A stretch of DNA of 64,000 nt, taken from sequence record MT446423.1, one strand, 5' to 3'. Below are positions 35,879-44,509 of this stretch, piece after piece (within the stretch, counting starts at the first letter, position 1; every line of letters begins with the position of its first letter). The stretch is from Escherichia virus TH58. The position numbers were made by a program, and so were the translations under genes. The notes beneath the pieces were generated by a model. That model was not told the DNA's origin. It was given only the letters and a program-made list of their open reading frames with translations, and did not search any database.

Positions 35879-35891
35879 ACCAGGCGAAGGT

Positions 35892-36092
35892 ATGATGCCT
35901 ATTCCTGATACACACGAAAAAAGTTGGGAATATATCGGTGACGGAATGATGGAAGAAGTTGTTCGTCCAAAAGCAAAACATGTTAATGCTTCAAGCTCTT
36001 CCGATTATAATCATTCATACGTATCGTCTTGGCCTGGTGATTCTGGGCCAAGTTATTCTGATTGTGGTTCAAGCTCAGGGAGCTGCGAATGA
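35892..36092 (+). CDS. hypothetical Ser-rich protein (66 aa)
   Basis: Internal ATG of track ORF 35769-36092 preceded by GAAGG. Confidence 0.4.
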   Translation: MMPIPDTHEKSWEYIGDGMMEEVVRPKAKHVNASSSSDYNHSYVSSWPGDSGPSYSDCGSSSGSCE

Positions 36093-36268
36093 ACAAGATA
36101 GTTAAATGGTTTAAAAGCTGGAATGATGGAGTCGGTCCGGAAGATTGGCTGGATGTTCTTGAAGAGAATATGGCTAAAGAATTCCAGAAACACGAAGAGA
36201 AGCTCGTCGAAGATGAAGGCGAACGTATTGTAAAACTTTATATGGGTGAACCATCGAGGAAATTATAA
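36089..36268 (+). CDS. hypothetical protein (59 aa)
   Basis: Internal ATG of track ORF 36062-36268. Confidence 0.4.
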   Translation: MNKIVKWFKSWNDGVGPEDWLDVLEENMAKEFQKHEEKLVEDEGERIVKLYMGEPSRKL

Positions 36269-36732
36269 TGGATGCTATGTTATTTAAAATGTATTTGCTT
36301 GAAGCCAAGTCGTTTAAACATATACCAGTAGAAGATAAGACTCCACTGGAAATAGCTATTCTCATTAACAAAAGTCTAAATAACCCGCAATATATCGTAG
36401 AAGAATTCTGCAAATTGCAGATTCCTAAAGGTTACAAAATTCGTGTAGAGCGAGTTGGAGCTATTACTCGTTCTAAAAATTCTCCGTTTAGTCTTGAAGA
36501 AGGCATAAAGGACTTAGGTTATGAATCTACGGAAAATGCCGTTTATGTGAATCCTGAAAAGCGTTTAGACTTGTTTGAAAAGCGAGACCATAAGTATTTT
36601 GCCAAAAAATACTTTATTACATCATTAGCAGATTTAACCCATTTGCAACGAGCTATTTGGAAATTTTTTAAGACAAAAGGTGTAGCACTAGAAACATTCT
36701 CTGAACCTGCTAGTTTTTATCTCGGTGAATAA
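36268..36732 (+). CDS. hypothetical protein (154 aa)
   Basis: Track ORF, TAATG overlap with upstream ORF. Confidence 0.55.
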   Translation: MDAMLFKMYLLEAKSFKHIPVEDKTPLEIAILINKSLNNPQYIVEEFCKLQIPKGYKIRVERVGAITRSKNSPFSLEEGIKDLGYESTENAVYVNPEKRLDLFEKRDHKYFAKKYFITSLADLTHLQRAIWKFFKTKGVALETFSEPASFYLGE

Positions 36733-36733
36733 T

Positions 36734-36913
36734 ATGGACTTGATGAGTATGTTTGATGAGCCCGAAGTTGAGGCTCCTAAAGTGCATCGTAGTGAACTTG
36801 TTGATGAACTAGATAGTATTATAAAACGACACGGCTTTAGTTTACCTGTCGAAGCCCTGAAAGATCTTGCCTCTTATTATGACGACCCTCCACCATGGAG
36901 TCCTTGGAAATGA
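36734..36913 (+). CDS. hypothetical acidic protein (59 aa)
   Basis: First ATG of track ORF 36725-36913. Confidence 0.4.
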   Translation: MDLMSMFDEPEVEAPKVHRSELVDELDSIIKRHGFSLPVEALKDLASYYDDPPPWSPWK

Positions 36914-37074
36914 AAGAGAAATTTAAAGAGAAATTCTTACTAGAAATCAAGGAAAAAGACTTTGAGACATGGTATCGAATGGTGAAAGGGTTGACATTGC
37001 TTTTTAAAGCATCATTATTCATGCTAGAACAACCTGGACCTGACGGACCTTTAGTAGGAAAGCTTAAAAAGTAG
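36910..37074 (+). CDS. small hypothetical protein (54 aa)
   Basis: ORF below track cutoff; ATGA overlap with upstream stop. Confidence 0.3.
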   Translation: MKEKFKEKFLLEIKEKDFETWYRMVKGLTLLFKASLFMLEQPGPDGPLVGKLKK

Positions 37075-37102
37075 TTTACATTCCCTCCTCTCGTGTTATG
37101 AT
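37074..37102 (+). promoter_or_regulatory. early promoter (-35 GTTTAC, -10 TATGAT)
   Basis: GTTTAC, 17-nt spacer, TATGAT. Confidence 0.5.
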
Positions 37103-37129
37103 AGGCTTATCTTTAAATGGAGGTCTATC

Positions 37130-37711
37130 ATGACATGTCAATCTGAACTTCAAGAACGTGAATACCTAACAAATCTGATTGATAGCAAATTCACCCGCCA
37201 AGAACAAAACATTCTCTGGGCTTGCACTGATTCTAAGGAAGACCCGGATTTCCACTATGAATTAGACCATCTTGTTCGTAAGCATATGACTTCTACAGTA
37301 CCAGTAGAACTCTACCGTGGTGTAACTCCAGAAGAAGTAGAACGTCTTTCCCTTCTTTCTGTTGGATGTCATTGGTCTCCTGGACGAGTAACATCGTTCA
37401 CAACTGATTTCAGTACAGCTCGTCAATTCTCCGGGAGTTGGGAGTATCAGACGTACACTATTCTTAGTCTCAGGAATGCTCCATTCATTTTTGATTACTA
37501 CCAAAACATGATTAACATTGTACTTGCCGGAAAGAACCCTAAGCATGTTATGGAAGAAAAACGTGTTGACGTCCTAGATATGATTGAATCTGAACAAGAG
37601 TACATGGTCTCAGGTATCTCTAGATTTGAGATTGTGGAAATTGAAGACTTAGAATATGACCCTTTATCTCGATTATACAAAATCATTCATTTAAAAATGT
37701 TGAATTTTTAG
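37130..37711 (+). CDS. modB: ADP-ribosyltransferase, ModA/ModB family (193 aa)
   Basis: Arg (ELYRGV), Ser-rich segment (TSFTT) and EQE (ExE) catalytic motif; paralog of next gene; symbol assigned only from T4 gene order. Confidence 0.55.
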   Translation: MTCQSELQEREYLTNLIDSKFTRQEQNILWACTDSKEDPDFHYELDHLVRKHMTSTVPVELYRGVTPEEVERLSLLSVGCHWSPGRVTSFTTDFSTARQFSGSWEYQTYTILSLRNAPFIFDYYQNMINIVLAGKNPKHVMEEKRVDVLDMIESEQEYMVSGISRFEIVEIEDLEYDPLSRLYKIIHLKMLNF

Positions 37712-37740
37712 TGTACAAACTCTTCCGACGATGATACTAT
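37711..37740 (+). promoter_or_regulatory. early promoter (-35 GTGTAC, -10 TACTAT)
   Basis: GTGTAC, 18-nt spacer, TACTAT. Confidence 0.4.
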
Positions 37741-37768
37741 ACTTTTATCAACCACAGGAGAAACCTAA

Positions 37769-38377
37769 ATGTTTATGCCGTATAACGAGTGTGAAATTGA
37801 AGAAATGGTTCGTCGTGCTCAATGCCCGGATTATCAAGATATGCTTCAGTACAAAATCGATGAGCAATTCAGCGACATTGAACAAAGTGTACTATGGCAG
37901 TGTATGGAAAACAAGCCAGACAGCATCCAACAAGATTTAAGTGCAATTGTTCGTAGAAATTGGTCTTCTTCAGTTCCTGAGACAATGTATCGTGGAATCT
38001 CTAAGAAAACTATGGCCACACTTGATGATAAAGGCATAGGTAGTATTATTAAATTTGACAGAGTAATGAGCTTTAGTCCGGTGTTCGGTGTAGCACGTAA
38101 CTTCGCTTCATATAATTTTTACGGAACATTTAATATGTTCTGCATCAAAGATGCACCATTTGCTTTCAACTTCCGTGAACATATGCTTAACATGATTCTG
38201 GCTGCGCCATCTTGTGAGTTCAATGGAGCTTTCCCTGAAGCGACAAGACGGTCTAATGCTAGACTTATATCTGACGAATGTGAATTTATGCTCCCTATAG
38301 GGACTACACTGCGTGTAGATTCTATTATTCAAGATGGACGTTATACAATCTGGAATCTGTCTATTATCGGTTACTGA
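37769..38377 (+). CDS. modA: ADP-ribosyltransferase, ModA/ModB family (202 aa)
   Basis: Arg (TMYRGIS), ECE (ExE) motif aligned with upstream paralog; symbol assigned only from T4 gene order. Confidence 0.55.
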   Translation: MFMPYNECEIEEMVRRAQCPDYQDMLQYKIDEQFSDIEQSVLWQCMENKPDSIQQDLSAIVRRNWSSSVPETMYRGISKKTMATLDDKGIGSIIKFDRVMSFSPVFGVARNFASYNFYGTFNMFCIKDAPFAFNFREHMLNMILAAPSCEFNGAFPEATRRSNARLISDECEFMLPIGTTLRVDSIIQDGRYTIWNLSIIGY

Positions 38378-38451
38378 CTGGATTGGAATAACCGGATGGA
38401 ACTCAGAACCATTATAACACATAAAAAATTAAAGCATTTTACGAAAAAAGT

Positions 38452-38480
38452 GTGTACACTACCTGAGGGCGTGATATTAT
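38452..38480 (+). promoter_or_regulatory. early promoter (-35 GTGTAC, -10 TATTAT)
   Basis: GTGTAC, 17-nt spacer, TATTAT then AGACCTATCA. Confidence 0.4.
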
Positions 38481-38530
38481 AGACCTATCAGCTAAATGAC
38501 CTTAACGTCCGTAAGACAGAGGAAAATATT

Positions 38531-39277
38531 ATGTTATCAAATAATAAAATTAACAAAATCAATCGTCGTCTTGACCACACCAGAGCTTCTGCGAAGAGAC
38601 GCTCTAAGGATTTTAACTTAGACTTTAATTACCTTAAAAACATTCTTGATCAAAAGGTCTGCGCTTACTCAGGTGAATCTTTCAATAACTCTGTTGAAGG
38701 TGAGAAATTATCCTTAGAACGTTTTAATAACGATATCGGCTACATTAAAGGTAATGTTATCCCAGTTAAGAAAAAATATAACACGGCTCGTTCTGATTTA
38801 ACATTAGAAGAACTTATTGAGAAACGTGATGCCATTGCAAGACGTATCGCTAATCCTTCTGCCCGTAAAGTAGAGAAACTTAATCTCGACGAGAAGAAAT
38901 GGGCCCAAATTAAAAAGGTTTATGATACTATTTTAAAAATCCGAGCAAAACGTGAAAATCGTGTTAAGCATATGGCGAACATGATGAAAAATCAACCTTT
39001 ATCTAACGAATCTAAACTTAAAATTGTTGCTTTGAAAGCACGCATTAATGGCTCACATCAAGCAGAAGGCCATGAACTTACTAAACTCAACGTTCTTCTT
39101 AAAGGCTCTGACTGGAAAACTAAAACTAAATTAACTGACGCTGAATCGCTTTTCGATACATATGATAAAGTTATCAAAGGTCTGCAACGTTTTGAAAAGA
39201 TCGGTTTCATTGGTAAATTAAAATTGAAACGTGGCTTACCACTTAGCGCATCATTATTCCAACTGATTAAAGGTTAA
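38531..39277 (+). CDS. hypothetical basic protein at the T4 srd position (248 aa)
   Basis: Track ORF between mod genes and dda; Srd assignment is by synteny and size only. Confidence 0.45.
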   Translation: MLSNNKINKINRRLDHTRASAKRRSKDFNLDFNYLKNILDQKVCAYSGESFNNSVEGEKLSLERFNNDIGYIKGNVIPVKKKYNTARSDLTLEELIEKRDAIARRIANPSARKVEKLNLDEKKWAQIKKVYDTILKIRAKRENRVKHMANMMKNQPLSNESKLKIVALKARINGSHQAEGHELTKLNVLLKGSDWKTKTKLTDAESLFDTYDKVIKGLQRFEKIGFIGKLKLKRGLPLSASLFQLIKG

Positions 39278-39279
39278 TT

Positions 39280-39591
39280 ATGGTTTATGTATATGCAATA
39301 GTTTATCGAGATATGGAAGGATTTACTGTCCCGGTTCCACTCGATGAGCATCGTCCTGCAGTATTTTTTAGAAAGGATATTGCAGATAAAGTTTTCGATA
39401 CTTTGAAAACCCAGTATAAAACAGATTTAAAAATGGGAGCTCTAAGAATGGTCGAAACTCCGCGTAAGTTCTGGTTTAATAAGCTTGAAATGAAACACAT
39501 TAAACTAGATGCGGAGACGCAAAAATTGTATCAACGAATCCTGGATACAGGCCGTATTGTTAGTATTCCAATTGCAGGGACTTTACGATGA
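39280..39591 (+). CDS. hypothetical protein (103 aa)
   Basis: Track ORF immediately upstream of dda. Confidence 0.5.
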   Translation: MVYVYAIVYRDMEGFTVPVPLDEHRPAVFFRKDIADKVFDTLKTQYKTDLKMGALRMVETPRKFWFNKLEMKHIKLDAETQKLYQRILDTGRIVSIPIAGTLR

Positions 39592-40901
39592 CATTTGATG
39601 ATTTGACTGAAGGCCAGAAAAACGCCTTCAACGTTGTTATGAACGCTATTAAAGAAAAGAAACATCATGTAACTATTAATGGGCCTGCTGGTACAGGTAA
39701 AACAACCCTTACTAGATTCATCGTTGAAGCCCTTATTTCTTCTGGAGAATCAGGTATTATTTTAGCAGCCCCTACACATGCTGCTAAAAAGGTTCTAAGC
39801 AAACTTGCGGGTCAAGAAGCATCGACTATTCATAGCATTCTTAAAATCAACCCAACTACATACGAAGAAAACGTATTGTTTGAACAGAAAAAGGTTCCCG
39901 ACTTAGCCTTGTGTCGTGTACTGTTATTTGATGAAGCGTCAATGTGCGACCGTTCTCTGTTTAAAATAATGTTAGCTAGTATCCCTAAATGGTGTACAGT
40001 AATTGGAATCGGCGACAGATGCCAGATTCGTCCGGTAGACCCAGGCGAATCAACTGCGTATCTAAGTCCTTTCTTCACTCACAAAGACTTCGTGCAATGC
40101 AACCTTACAGAAGTTAAACGTAGCAATGCACCAATTATTGATGTTGCTACTGATATTCGTAATGGCAAATGGATCTACGATAAAGTAGTTGATGGGCACG
40201 GTGTTCATGGATATACAGACCTTAAATCGTATATGATGAACTATTTTAACGTCGTTAAAACTCCTGAAGACCTTTTCGAAAATCGAATGATGGCATTCAC
40301 AAATAAGTCGGTGGACAAGTTAAATTCAATTATTCGCCGAAAACTTCTTGAAACAGAAAAACCATTTATTAAAGACGAAGTCATTGTTCTACAGGAGCCA
40401 TTTACTAAGACATATAAGCTAGATGGTAAAAATATGACCGAAATGCTTTTCAATAACGGCCAATTCGTTCGTATTCGAGATGCTGTAGAAACGTCTACAT
40501 TCGTTAAAGCACGTGGTGTTTCAGGCGAATATATGATACGATACTGGAATCTTACAGTAGAAACATATGGGGATGATGAAGAATATATCCGTGAAGATAT
40601 AAAGGTTATTTCTTCTGAAGAAGAGCTTTATAAATTTAATTTGTTTTTAGCTAAGACCGCAGAAACATACAAATTTTGGAATAAAGGTGGTAAAGCTCCA
40701 TGGAGCGAATTCTGGGATGCTAAACGTATGTTCACTAAGGTGAAGGCACTACCAGTATCAACTTTCCATAAGGCCCAGGGTATGTCTGTTGACACGGCCT
40801 TTGTTTATACACCGTGTATCCATTATGCTGATTCAGAATTAGCTAAACAGTTATTGTATGTCGGCACAACTCGTGGTCGTTTTGACGTCCATTTTATTTG
40901 A
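39588..40901 (+). CDS. dda: DNA helicase Dda (SF1B)
   Basis: 437 aa; MTFDDLTEGQKNAFN start; Walker A GPAGTGKTT; matches T4 Dda as remembered. Confidence 0.95.
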   Translation: MTFDDLTEGQKNAFNVVMNAIKEKKHHVTINGPAGTGKTTLTRFIVEALISSGESGIILAAPTHAAKKVLSKLAGQEASTIHSILKINPTTYEENVLFEQKKVPDLALCRVLLFDEASMCDRSLFKIMLASIPKWCTVIGIGDRCQIRPVDPGESTAYLSPFFTHKDFVQCNLTEVKRSNAPIIDVATDIRNGKWIYDKVVDGHGVHGYTDLKSYMMNYFNVVKTPEDLFENRMMAFTNKSVDKLNSIIRRKLLETEKPFIKDEVIVLQEPFTKTYKLDGKNMTEMLFNNGQFVRIRDAVETSTFVKARGVSGEYMIRYWNLTVETYGDDEEYIREDIKVISSEEELYKFNLFLAKTAETYKFWNKGGKAPWSEFWDAKRMFTKVKALPVSTFHKAQGMSVDTAFVYTPCIHYADSELAKQLLYVGTTRGRFDVHFI

Positions 40902-40910
40902 GAGAAAATT

Positions 40911-41588
40911 ATGAGCACTGATGTTATTATAGATTTTGAAACATTCGGCAATACATCAAAAGCGGCTGTTATTGACCTTGCGGTTATTGCATATAATTCC
41001 GACCCTGAAGTTGTTGAATCATTTGAAGAACTTGTTCAACGAGGTAAGCGAATTAAATTTAATCTAGCTTCTCAGAAAGGGAAGCGAGTTTTCGCTAAAT
41101 CCACTATGAAATGGTGGAAAGAGCAATCGGCTGAAGCACGTAAAAACTTGGCTCCATCTGAAGACGATGTCACTACGCTTGAAGGCATTAAAATCTTTTT
41201 AGACTATTGCCGAGCTAATAAAGTTGACCAATGGAAATCACAGATGTGGTGCCGTGGTATGAGCTTTGACTTCCCGATCTTGGTCGATTTGATTCGTGAC
41301 CTCTATCGTGATGAAGGTGTTCTTGAACCGGATATTGATACTGATAAATTAGAACCGGTTAAATTCTGGGCTCAACGTGATATTCGTACGGCAATCGAAG
41401 CTTACTCGTTGACACGAGGATTAAGTATGTGTCCATTACCGATGGGTACACTAAAAGGATTCGTTGCCCATGATAGTATTCATGATTGTGCTAAAGATAT
41501 TTTGATGTTAAAATATGCTCAGCGTTATGCGCTTGGTCTTGAAGATGTCCCTGAGAATCCTGACCCGTTAAGTGTAAAACAGCGATAA
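40911..41588 (+). CDS. dexA: exonuclease A DexA (DEDD 3'-5' exonuclease)
   Basis: 225 aa; N-terminal IIDFETFG exonuclease motif; follows dda as in T4. Confidence 0.88.
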   Translation: MSTDVIIDFETFGNTSKAAVIDLAVIAYNSDPEVVESFEELVQRGKRIKFNLASQKGKRVFAKSTMKWWKEQSAEARKNLAPSEDDVTTLEGIKIFLDYCRANKVDQWKSQMWCRGMSFDFPILVDLIRDLYRDEGVLEPDIDTDKLEPVKFWAQRDIRTAIEAYSLTRGLSMCPLPMGTLKGFVAHDSIHDCAKDILMLKYAQRYALGLEDVPENPDPLSVKQR

Positions 41589-41593
41589 AACCA

Positions 41594-41623
41594 GTTTACA
41601 ACCAAGGATGGTTGGAGTATAAT
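41594..41623 (+). promoter_or_regulatory. early promoter (-35 GTTTAC, -10 TATAAT)
   Basis: GTTTAC-aaccaaggatggttggag-TATAAT; near-duplicate of promoter at 42151. Confidence 0.55.
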
Positions 41624-41653
41624 CTTTCTATCTTAACCAAACAGGAAAACATT

Positions 41654-42148
41654 ATGAACATCAATACTACGGCTACTTACATCCTGAAAGACGAAAAACA
41701 AATCAACTGGTACGGTGCTTCAGTGCGAGCTTATGAAAAGTTTTGTGAAATTTTAGGTGCCACTCAAGGTAATAGTTTCACTATTGTTAACTTCATCAAA
41801 CAAGCTGAAGGTCCTTGGTTATTCTTAGAAATTAAAAATTCATATGGTACAATTTCTACTACCGCCCTTCCAAGCACCGACTTTGAACTGTTGATTGAAG
41901 AAGCACCTGTTAAAGATGGTCTCCACTTTGATATGGATATCGCTTGTATGTACGGTACTCTGATTAAGCCTATTGAGCCTACTGATTTGTTGTGTAAAGC
42001 TGTTTCGATTCGTCGTCCGTTTGCAGGTCCAGTGAGTGGATGGGTAACTGATCAGTGGATTGAAGACGGCGTTGAACTTCTGAACGTTGTTCATGCAGGT
42101 GATTTTAGTGTAGTTCCACGTAGTGCTGTGGTTAATATCCTTAATTAA
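41654..42148 (+). CDS. hypothetical protein, tandem paralog 1 of 3 (164 aa)
   Basis: Internal ATG of track ORF 41612-42148; C-terminal domain ..GWVTDQWIEDGVELLNVVHAGDFSVVP shared with next two genes. Confidence 0.5.
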   Translation: MNINTTATYILKDEKQINWYGASVRAYEKFCEILGATQGNSFTIVNFIKQAEGPWLFLEIKNSYGTISTTALPSTDFELLIEEAPVKDGLHFDMDIACMYGTLIKPIEPTDLLCKAVSIRRPFAGPVSGWVTDQWIEDGVELLNVVHAGDFSVVPRSAVVNILN

Positions 42149-42150
42149 TG

Positions 42151-42180
42151 TTGTACATCCAAGGATGGATGGAGTATAGT
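42151..42180 (+). promoter_or_regulatory. early promoter (-35 TTGTAC, -10 TATAGT)
   Basis: TTGTAC-atccaaggatggatggag-TATAGT. Confidence 0.5.
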
Positions 42181-42210
42181 GAATTCAATTTAAACAAAGA
42201 GAGAGAAATT

Positions 42211-42708
42211 ATGATTACTATTGGTGAAATCCTTCGTGTATCTCCTGCTTCTCGTTCTAAAGCTGCAGGTCGTCTGGTTGAAGTAGCAGGGCTTCGTACT
42301 AACGGCATGGGACGTGTTAAAGAAGTTAAAGTTCGAATCATGCCCAGTTTTGGCGGACAAGAGGCCCAGTATGCTTACGTAAGTCCTAAATTCCTGGAAA
42401 AACATATACGAGTCCAATTTGCTTCAAGCGAAGAAGTTGCACCTGCACACTTTGCTTCAAACGATATCGTTGAGCCTACTACACAGTTCAAATGGGCCCT
42501 TTGCAAAGGCGTTGAATTTATAACCGATAAAGAATTTGATTACATCGACGAATACGGTTATCCAAGCAAAACTGATATTATGTGCGGCTTCATTAGTGAC
42601 CAATGGGTTGAAGATGGTAAAAAGTTATACAATATTGTATTTTTAGGTGACTTCCGAGTTGTTGAAGAATCTGAAATCACTCGCTATGTTTCTCCTCGTA
42701 AAGCTTAA
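42211..42708 (+). CDS. hypothetical protein, tandem paralog 2 of 3 (165 aa)
   Basis: Internal ATG of track ORF 42148-42708; N-terminal SPASRSKAAGRLVEV and C-terminal GFISDQWVEDGKKLYNIVFLGDFRVV shared with paralog 3. Confidence 0.5.
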   Translation: MITIGEILRVSPASRSKAAGRLVEVAGLRTNGMGRVKEVKVRIMPSFGGQEAQYAYVSPKFLEKHIRVQFASSEEVAPAHFASNDIVEPTTQFKWALCKGVEFITDKEFDYIDEYGYPSKTDIMCGFISDQWVEDGKKLYNIVFLGDFRVVEESEITRYVSPRKA

Positions 42709-42717
42709 GGAATTATT

Positions 42718-43137
42718 ATGAATATTGCAAATCTCTCTATTGGTGATTATGTACACGTATCAGATGCTTCTCGCTCTAAAGTTGTCGGGAAGTTGGTCGA
42801 AGTTCTTTCTGTGAGTGATCCGGTTTTTGGACGTAACGAAGTTAAAGTTCGTGACGCTGATGGTAACATTGGTTACGTTAAAAGCCAATTCATTGAACCA
42901 GAAGAAAAAGCGTTCAAATGGAAACTGTGCAGATCGGTTTTAGTTGTAAAAGACCATGAATTTACTATTGCTGCTGCAACTGACGGGTCTCCATGGAAAA
43001 CTAAGCAAATAGCCGGATTTATTAGCGACCGTTGGGTAGAAGATGGTGTTAAGCTTTATAACATCGTTTTCGCTGGGCAGTTCATGGTAGTTCCTGAGTT
43101 CCAAATCAAAAAATATTGTCCAGCATCTTTTGCATAA
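42718..43137 (+). CDS. hypothetical protein, tandem paralog 3 of 3 (139 aa)
   Basis: Track ORF; N-terminal SDASRSKVVGKLVEV and C-terminal GFISDRWVEDGVKLYNIVFAGQFMVV. Confidence 0.5.
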   Translation: MNIANLSIGDYVHVSDASRSKVVGKLVEVLSVSDPVFGRNEVKVRDADGNIGYVKSQFIEPEEKAFKWKLCRSVLVVKDHEFTIAAATDGSPWKTKQIAGFISDRWVEDGVKLYNIVFAGQFMVVPEFQIKKYCPASFA

Positions 43138-43141
43138 AGTT

Positions 43142-43170
43142 GTTTACTTCTCCTCTAGATGTGTTACTAT
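43142..43170 (+). promoter_or_regulatory. early promoter (-35 GTTTAC, -10 TACTAT)
   Basis: GTTTAC, 17-nt spacer, TACTAT then AGACCTATCA. Confidence 0.5.
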
Positions 43171-43198
43171 AGACCTATCAAAACAAGAGGAGAATATT

Positions 43199-43426
43199 AT
43201 GAAACGTCAAATCATTAAAAATGTAACTACTGATTCAAACATCGATGAGTTTGAAGATGTTCTGTTTAATCCTGATTTAGTTGTTGTACAGAAAAACTGG
43301 ACCGAATTTTTATGCTACACCGAAGTGGTTTACGTTTACGAAAAACTCGGTGATGAAATGCCTATCTACGGTATCTTCCGTGAAATCACTGAAAACGGTA
43401 CAACTTATTGGAAGGAAACTTACTAA
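43199..43426 (+). CDS. hypothetical protein (75 aa)
   Basis: Internal ATG of track ORF 43130-43426 with AGAGGAGAA SD. Confidence 0.45.
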   Translation: MKRQIIKNVTTDSNIDEFEDVLFNPDLVVVQKNWTEFLCYTEVVYVYEKLGDEMPIYGIFREITENGTTYWKETY

Positions 43427-43836
43427 TGGCTAATAAATTCCGCGTTAACTCATGGTACCAATTTATAGATAAACGTGCCCAAGAAGAGTTTATTAAAGAC
43501 CACACTGATAATGGGATTTATGCACGACGTCTTGGCATGGAACCATTTAAAGTATTAGATGTTGACCATCTTGGTCGTCCTACTAAAATTGTGACATCTA
43601 CTGGCATGGTTGGATATGCAACAGGCGGTGATATCCTTGATGAAAACTTTATCTGGCTCTCCACGAATGAAGCAGAGTTCTTTGAAGAAGTTGGAAATCC
43701 ATATCAAGCGTCTGAAGAGCAAGATTCTGGTGAACTTGACGAATTGTCTGAATTTCCTGTGATGACGATTACTATCGAAAATAATGACCAGGCATGGTCT
43801 TTGTATCAAATGTTGAAAGCACATTTTAAGGAATAA
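43426..43836 (+). CDS. hypothetical protein (136 aa)
   Basis: Internal ATG of track ORF 43408-43836. Confidence 0.5.
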   Translation: MANKFRVNSWYQFIDKRAQEEFIKDHTDNGIYARRLGMEPFKVLDVDHLGRPTKIVTSTGMVGYATGGDILDENFIWLSTNEAEFFEEVGNPYQASEEQDSGELDELSEFPVMTITIENNDQAWSLYQMLKAHFKE

Positions 43837-43838
43837 TA

Positions 43839-44018
43839 ATGCCGTTATACGACTATAAATGCCAATCTGAAGATTGTGGTCATGAATATGAAAAAATTAA
43901 AAGGATTTCTGAACGAGAAAACGATGTTTGCCCTGAATGTCATCGTCTGTCTACTCGTCGGGTTTCTGCTCCTAAACATGTGAACGGTGGTTTTTACGAC
44001 TTACTTAAGAAGGGTTAA
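43839..44018 (+). CDS. small zinc-ribbon protein (59 aa)
   Basis: ORF below track cutoff; YDYKCQSEDCGHEYE .. CPECH two CxxC pairs; ATG just after upstream stop. Confidence 0.4.
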   Translation: MPLYDYKCQSEDCGHEYEKIKRISERENDVCPECHRLSTRRVSAPKHVNGGFYDLLKKG

Positions 44019-44020
44019 TT

Positions 44021-44446
44021 ATGGCTTTTAAAGGTTTTGAAGTTGGTAAGAAATATCGTATTATCAAAGGACAGGAAGATAATTTCTTGAGACTTCTTAA
44101 TACGACTGGTAAACGTCTTAATACTAATCTGCATACTACTTTATTGTCCAAAGATTTTATTGTGGAAAAGATGATTGGTTACGGTGTTTCTGTGATTGCT
44201 GTAGAAGCCGTAGGCGATTATGGCCGAACTATTCATAGTATGCAAGGTGATATTCTGCTTTATGGTGCAGAATTTAAATTCTTTGAAGAAGTTCCGGAAC
44301 CAGATACAGCTGTCGATTTCAAAAAAGGCTCTGTAGAATTTGTTGATGGTTCGGTGATCGTATCAGGTGATGTGGTCATTACAGTTAAAAGTGAACAAGG
44401 GCGTTTGGCTGCAATTGATGCACTTCAGAAAATTAAATTTAAATAA
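44021..44446 (+). CDS. hypothetical protein (141 aa)
   Basis: Track ORF. Confidence 0.5.
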   Translation: MAFKGFEVGKKYRIIKGQEDNFLRLLNTTGKRLNTNLHTTLLSKDFIVEKMIGYGVSVIAVEAVGDYGRTIHSMQGDILLYGAEFKFFEEVPEPDTAVDFKKGSVEFVDGSVIVSGDVVITVKSEQGRLAAIDALQKIKFK

Positions 44447-44468
44447 GGGCTTCGGCCCTTTTTGCTTT
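44445..44468 (+). terminator. rho-independent terminator
   Basis: GGGC-ttcg-GCCC followed by TTTTTGCTTT. Confidence 0.7.
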
Positions 44469-44487
44469 AGATTTCGGATGATAGAAT
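44463..44487 (+). promoter_or_regulatory. putative middle promoter for gene 39
   Basis: MotA-box TGCTTTA overlapping terminator T tract, 12-nt spacer, -10 TAGAAT. Confidence 0.4.
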
Positions 44488-44509
44488 ACCTTCATAACGA
44501 GGAGACAAC

